64,000 nt of DNA from Candidatus Parcubacteria bacterium (GTDB lineage: Bacteria > Patescibacteriota > Minisyncoccia > Phycocordibacterales > UBA918): contig JAACPT010000002.1 of the NCBI GenBank assembly GCA_009995385.1, positions 759 to 64,758 on the forward strand, in the 5' to 3' direction. Below, in pieces: positions 63,246 to 64,000 of this stretch. The position numbers and the translations under genes were made by a program. Position 1 is the stretch's first letter; each line of letters begins with the position of its first letter. The notes under the pieces are model-generated. The model was not told the DNA's origin, did not search any database, and saw only the letters and a list, made by a program, of their open reading frames with translations.

Positions 63246-64000
63246 TTATTCAGCTTTTATATCTTCACGGATAATGGTCGTTCGTCGTTCTCTATCAATT
63301 ACAATCTCCTCGGCTACCTCTGCAATAATACGGTTTTCATTTTCAATTTTTTCATTTTCTCGACGTACGGTAGATTTTGCGATACTTTCTTTTTCTGAAA
63401 GATTCATCAATAAAAACATAAACACTGCTATCGCAATGATGCCAAAAAGGTTAAGGAAAAGAAGCATCGTAGCGCCTTTGATGACCGTAGCATTCATCGC
63501 AGCAATACCAACGCCGATGGTAGCGAGTGGAGGTACCAAGGCGACTGCGATAGCCACTCCCGGTAATGCGGCATCCCATTCTGGTCGCGCCAACATATAC
63601 GCCACCGCGGCGCCAGACACAAGCGCAACCAAAAAGTGTAGGAGCGTAGGCTCAGTGCGAGCAAGTACTTCTGTGGTGAGATAGCTAGCATTATCACCAA
63701 GCAAAAACGCCACTATGACCGACAGACCGAGCCCCACCGCGAGCGACTTGGTCAGTGTTTTAATAGCCCGATCGAGTAGCGATATATCTTTACTCATCAT
63801 CACCAAACCAAGTGAAACCCCCAAAATTGGATACATAAGCGGTGCAATGAGCATACTACCAATGACAATCGAACTACTATCTAGTAGCAAGCCAAGTGTT
63901 GCCATGACGGTAGAAAGCCCTACCAAATAGTAGTAATCAAAATCAGGAGTTCCATTTTCAACCAATTTTCTGACGAGGGTAACTTTATCTTTATCCGGTA
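63246..64000 (-). CDS. DUF389 (TIGR00341-like) membrane protein, 5'-partial
   Basis: ATLGLL.DS..IVIGSMLIAPLM.PI; EV.ART.P; LPGVAIAVALVPPL. The frame stays open to the window end. Confidence 0.9.
   Translation of the reverse strand, partial: PDKDKVTLVRKLVENGTPDFDYYYLVGLSTVMATLGLLLDSSSIVIGSMLIAPLMYPILGVSLGLVMMSKDISLLDRAIKTLTKSLAVGLGLSVIVAFLLGDNASYLTTEVLARTEPTLLHFLVALVSGAAVAYMLARPEWDAALPGVAIAVALVPPLATIGVGIAAMNATVIKGATMLLFLNLFGIIAIAVFMFLLMNLSEKESIAKSTVRRENEKIENENRIIAEVAEEIVIDRERRTTIIREDIKAE

Overview
Bacterial chromosomal window. Gene content and style suggest Patescibacteria/CPR, probably Parcubacteria (inference). The first 22.5 kb is one uninterrupted minus-strand ORF of more than 7,500 aa that runs off the left edge, so the ORF track misses it. 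It encodes a giant surface/adhesin-like protein built from DUF2341+LamG-like modules, FN3-like and H-lectin-like domains and beta-rich passenger-like repeats. Many of these modules are nested inside loops of other repeats. Directly upstream and co-oriented is a cell-surface cluster: a WxL-like secreted subunit with a structured 5' leader, a DUF916-like membrane protein, a small 2-TM protein, a paralogous dockerin-bearing subunit, Hsp20 and a membrane-anchored cohesin protein. I propose this cluster as a candidate cohesin-dockerin-anchored fibre/adhesin assembly system, which is the best candidate for an undescribed system here. The rest holds umuC/GH18/umuD, a CAP protein, class F sortase with a substrate, an ECF sigma, an rRNA pseudouridine synthase, CNNM, typA, an IS200 relic, tRNA-Ser(GGA), a lemA-DUF2207-MazG-like-htpX-DUF3137 cluster, groESL, secG, a peptide-binding protein, RNase J, MFS, MutY, photolyase and others. 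Many genes look leaderless (-10 box 6-9 nt before the start codon). In contrast, typA, groES and the putative major subunit have long structured leaders. Domain calls come from motif recognition by eye; no database searches were run.
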